Shown here piece by piece: positions 59,001 to 64,000 of a DNA stretch of 64,000 nt (within the stretch, counting starts at the first letter, position 1; every line of letters starts with the position of its first letter). The stretch lies in contig CM022665.1 in the NCBI GenBank assembly GCA_012295275.1, positions 45,942,001-46,006,000 of the forward strand, in the 5' to 3' direction. The notes below the pieces were generated by a model. The model was not told the origin of the DNA. It made no database searches and worked only from the letters and a program-made list of their open reading frames with translations. A program made the translations under genes and the position numbers. The DNA is from Chrysomallon squamiferum (taxonomy: Eukaryota; Animalia; Mollusca).

Positions 59001-62000
59001 ATGTTCAGTGAAGATGAAAATACATGTAATGGTAAGGTGAATTAAATTCTGAACACACCAACTAAAACGAAATTTGTCAGAACAAGCTCAATTTATTCCA
59101 AGTGTCTTCTTTTAAGCCAGGCATTGCCTCATGGTTCTTCACACAGTACTGCTCTTAAGCCAACCAAATACAATGTTTATAAAGCATTTCAAAATTATAA
59201 TGCTGAATAAAAAAAAAAAAATAGAAGTATAAAACAACAAAATTGGCAAAAGAGTAAAAAAAACCATTTAAAAAAAAAAAAAAAATAATAAAAAGTACAT
59301 TGCTATTTATAACAAAAGCTATTTAACCAAAGGCAAAGTGACTGAAAAAATAAAAATAAATAACTTTAATGTTAATATTTCCAAACCTACAAGTAATGTG
59401 CCCCCCCCACCTTTCTTTTCTTTTCTTTTTTCATTTTCTGCTCTTATTTTGATGTTGGTAACTGAAAAAAATCAAAAGTATCATTCAACAGTTTGAAAAT
59501 CAAAGTATTCAACAGTTAAAAAAAAAAAATAATAATAATAATAATAATAATAATAAACAAGATAAAATATAAACATTCTTTTTAAAAAAAAAGAAAAAGA
59601 AGAAGAATAAGGAAAAAAAGGTGATATTGAAAATTTATATTATGAAACTTAACTTTCGTTTCTTTCAAGTTTTGATTGTCATTGACAATCATCTACTTAC
59701 CTTGTTAATTATTTCTCATGTCAGCACAAATCAGGATAGATTCCATCCTTTTAATAAAGCTAGATTTGGCTTAGTGATATACCTTAATCAATAATTTTTA
59801 TTATATTTAATTTATTATTATTATTATTTTTGTCTATTACAAAATTTATGAAGGTACTCATGTTTAAAATAAAGACAACTATGAAATATTGATCAGATTT
59901 TTTAATCCACATTTTAATTTTATATTGTGGTATTATTAAAATCTGGATGTCGATAAATAAATATGTATGAGAAATATAGATCGGACAAATCAATAATTTT
60001 ATGAATCACTTTATGTAAGTTAGGGAAGTCAAAAAAAAAAAAGCATTGGTAATAGCACAAGAATAGTCATAACTCATTACATCATTAAACAAAAACTAAT
60101 AAATAAATGTTTCACCAGTCAAAAAAAAAATGAAAATAATAATAATAACAATAATATATGATGAAATTATCCAAGTAAATTTTAAAAAAATATTGAGCAA
60201 AGAAGGAAAAAATAGAAAAGAAAAAAACAGAGAAAAACAAAATATTTGTATTGTGCAGTTCCAGTTATTCAAGCAGAATTTCTGACAAACTTGTGAAAGA
60301 ATATGAAGTATATTGTTATTTTCTGATTGGTTAGTTCTCCAAACATCTTTCAAAGCTAAAAGGGACAGAGGATAGAAAAGTACATGCAAAAATGAATGTT
60401 CAAAAGATTTTGTATTTAATTTTGATAGCAATGGAAACGAGAGGGGAAATGCTGGTCACTGCAGTTATATACGAGTGACTGAGAACCAATGGTTACTCGA
60501 GTCAAGATGTTTGACAGAAAGGATTCTGAAGTCTTTACCAAACAAATCCTGTTTATTAATTAATAAAAGTTATCCAGCATTAACTCTGTTAAGAAAAAAT
60601 AAAGGAAAGTGATTGTTAAGAAGCTTTTGTGCATACTTAATGTAAAAAGTGTTGTTATTGTGTTTTGTTTGTCACCAGGAAGGACATGAATATAATTGAT
60701 AGAGAAAAAAATGTTTGAAAATGCAACTTAACAATCTTTAAATTATCAACTGTTCTATAAAGTTTTTGAATAATTTTTTAAAAGATCTGCTGCCATTAGT
60801 TTTAAAAGATCATGTAGTTTTATGAAAACCATCTGAAAATGAAAATTTGTAATAACATTTTTAGGCACTCTTGCTTTTAAACCACGTGAGCAATACAGAA
60901 TCGGACCAAATTAGAGTACTTTAAAAACGTTTCACTATTTTAAATATTTACTAACTATACTTCTTAACCTTTAACATCAGTGCACTTTCTTAATTAATCT
61001 CTTTGCTACATCTGACTTGGCTTGAGCTGTAAGCAGATCGACAGCAGTTCAATTTTGTTATTCTTTATTTGTAAACTTTTCAACTCATGTAGTTTTTTTT
61101 TAGTATTTCTTAAAACACAAATGCTCTGCTTATTTAAAAACTGATTACAGTGTGCCTGGTAAGCTGGTTTCTCTGCAGCATTCTAGCAGGTTACCTGTAT
61201 GGAAGAAACCACTTTCATTTTTATTGCTGAAAAGAAAAAAATGTATCAATCAAGTTATTAGTAAATATATAAAAGAAAATATTAAAAATGACTTCCAGGA
61301 ACAACTTTAACTCTTTTTGTTGCATACCAGGATATGATGTTACAGGTCACATGTACCTGTTTTGTCTTAAACATCAAATTATTTCCCATTCCACCCCATC
61401 TATCACCTAAACATTTATTAAAAAAAATCTATGATATATGGTGTCCTGTCTATGAGGTGTATGTAAAATGATTTTATGTTGTCAAACGTAGTCCATTATC
61501 AGATAACAATCCTGTAATAACAAAGAAAAATGTATTTGAGAATGTATATTGTAATAAATGTGTAAATAAGAGAAAACTTACTGCAGTGAAATACAAAAAT
61601 TCAAATAAGTGGTTGTTGTGTCCTAGTTGTAAGGTATGACAATTTGAGAAGAAAAAAAGCAACAACAAATAATTAATAGTTTGTTCAACTTTGAAGAGGT
61701 CTTTTTGGCAATTGGTCTATTTCCCACTCTCAGAAGCCTAATTTGTAGGATTTTTATGGATCTGTAGGCAAGCTTCAAAGTTGTGTTTTGCTACTGCATG
61801 CTAACATACTGAAGTTACTGTATTTCAAATTCGACACAATCAAGATCAAAGACCCTTGTTAATATGAAAAATGCAGAACTTTGCCTCTGAAAAGGATCAC
61901 AGTTACATAAATTCTGGCATCTGAAAGATGACGTTAAAATAATTATGATCTGGTTGCAACAAAAAAGAATGTCATATTTTATCTTTTCTCATGTAATATA

Positions 62001-62012
62001 TTTATTTATTTT

Positions 62013-62046
<34 letters not shown>

Positions 62047-62430
62047 CAAATCTTAAAGGACCAGGTAAAAAATATTATCTGTTGCTCAAAAGAAACTAGC
62101 TGAAAAGAATTCACAATAGAGTACCCTCCCCCCTTATTAAATGAATCCAAATTGTTCTGGTTCACAGCTCCATTGAACCTGTGTCCATCTCCAGTGCAGC
62201 ACATTCCTTTTTTTTTAACCATTCTCTAAGACTGAAAAGAATTTTGATTAACAGTGGCAGGTGACTGAACAATAGAAGAAATTACAAACTTATTACCTTT
62301 GTGGTTGCCTCAGAAATGCCTACTGCACACAAAGGATATTGCCCCTTTTTTGAACCACTGGACTAAATAAATTTAGCAGTGGAATGTTCCTGCAGATGCG
62401 TTTTCTTCAAATGAATATATTTCAACAGCA

Positions 62431-62462
<32 letters not shown>

Positions 62463-64000
62463 CAGCAGCAGTAATAATAACAGAGTAATAATAAAGTGGC
62501 AATAGCAATAATAATAATAAATACAGTCTTTTAGAGAACATCCATTTAAAATTTATTTCAAAATTTTTTTATAATTTGTGTACTTAAAATTATCTTTCCA
62601 AATAAATTATTAAATTTAAATAATTTAAAAATATATATATATATATATATATATAAAAAGGTCAAATTCAAATACCAATAATAAATAATAAATATGATAT
62701 ACTTCCAAAATCGTTACTACAAATTAAAAATAAAATTATAAATTCACATGGAGTACCAAAGTAAAGCTGATGTCATGGACTTCTATGACAAAAACATTTT
62801 TGAATATGTACTGAAACCTTAAAATTGAATATTAAAAACTTTCATTTGGTGTGCCTTTATTTTTATTTGATAATAATGATAAATATTAATAATAAATTAA
62901 TTCATTAATTCATAAATAAAGAACCCAAAAAGAGAACAGAATAAAACCATTCATTTGAGGATATTTTCAACTGTTTTTATTCATACACATATTAAGGTCA
63001 CATATATTTTTTTAACTGTCAGAATAGCTGTTTTTATGTTCTAGTAAAACTAAAAGCACACATACTCTGGTTTACAAACACATAAAACAAGATACACTCA
63101 CACTCAGTCATAATATCTAATTCTAAGGCAGTGCTAGTTAATACCAAAAATAAATACATTACAACTAATGAAAAATTTCATATGATTAAACCAACAGGGT
63201 TTTGACAAGATAATTTATAAACATTTCTCTGATAAATTCATTGATACTAAATATTAAAATGTAACACTGCCTTCAGTCTTTTTTTTTTCTTCTTTTCACT
63301 AAGACTTTCCAATGCAGTCTAACACAACACAGCAGGAAGTGACTGTTAACTTACTAACATACTTACCTCGCACTATAATTACCTGTACATAATTTGCAAT
63401 CAAGAATGGAAGCTTGAACAATCAGTAAAATGCTGAAGTCAATCTGCGCTTTCCCTCTTAAAATCTTCGTTCAAAGCAGTCATGGTGACAACAAGTTGAT
63501 TTATTGACAAGAAACAATCAGGATGTTCTTTACAAAGTTCAAGTTTGTATTTTTCAATGGTAGATCAATTCATTACCAGATCACCGTTTCATGTATGTTT
63601 TTTTGTTGTATCTTTCTTTCTTTTTTTGTTCTTTTTTTTAAATATTAGTTTCATATTTGGAAAAGATTATTTTATTTCTCAGTTTTATTTCTACAGTACG
63701 AAGTAAATTTATAGTACATTCTAGGACTTCATTTGTTTTGTTGTTTGTTTTTTTTTTTTTTTTTTTTTAAAATTCAAATATTATTAAAATCAGTATAAAA
63801 TTGTATTTAAATTTACAGGCAAGCTCTGTACAACACTGTATAAATGGAAATACTTTTGCATTACTTATTAAACATAACACACACACACATGTACACACCC
63901 ACACCCACAGATTCCTACTTCTGAATGACTGACAGTCTGCAACTTGCCGCCAATGAATAATTTGTTTTTACTATCAAAATGAATTAGAGTTCTTGGGGTT

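Overview
This is AT-rich, microsatellite-dense, intron-containing invertebrate animal DNA (probably mollusc-like; that assignment is inference). I could build five protein-coding loci by hand from splice signals. (1) A 4-exon RERG/RASL-like small GTPase (-, 171-5077) with degenerate G3/G4/G5 boxes. (2,3) Two near-identical 10-exon SLC22 (Orct/OCTN/OAT-type) transporter genes, head-to-head (-, 7720-17920; +, 26579-35555), forming the arms of a ~33 kb inverted duplication (~4065-22310 vs ~23885-37570) whose spacer is made of scrambled fragments of the neighbouring ASB gene. (4) An ankyrin-repeat/SOCS-box (ASB) gene (-, 38353-40554). (5) A CARD + coiled-coil locus split by a frameshift (-, 41687-42627). 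The most unusual structure is a 41-bp minisatellite made of the 3' splice site plus the first 23 nt of SLC22 exon 8, repeated ~12 times in both paralogs, so that every acceptor except the last leads to an in-frame TAA. A second, unrelated 40-bp array at ~49 kb appears to be built the same way. Other points: a duplicated alternative first exon, a conserved non-canonical GC donor, paralog differences at putative substrate-pocket positions, arm-specific MITEs, and a sharp switch to CpG-depleted DNA after ~48 kb where I could not identify a protein. Most short ORFs in the supplied track are microsatellite artefacts.
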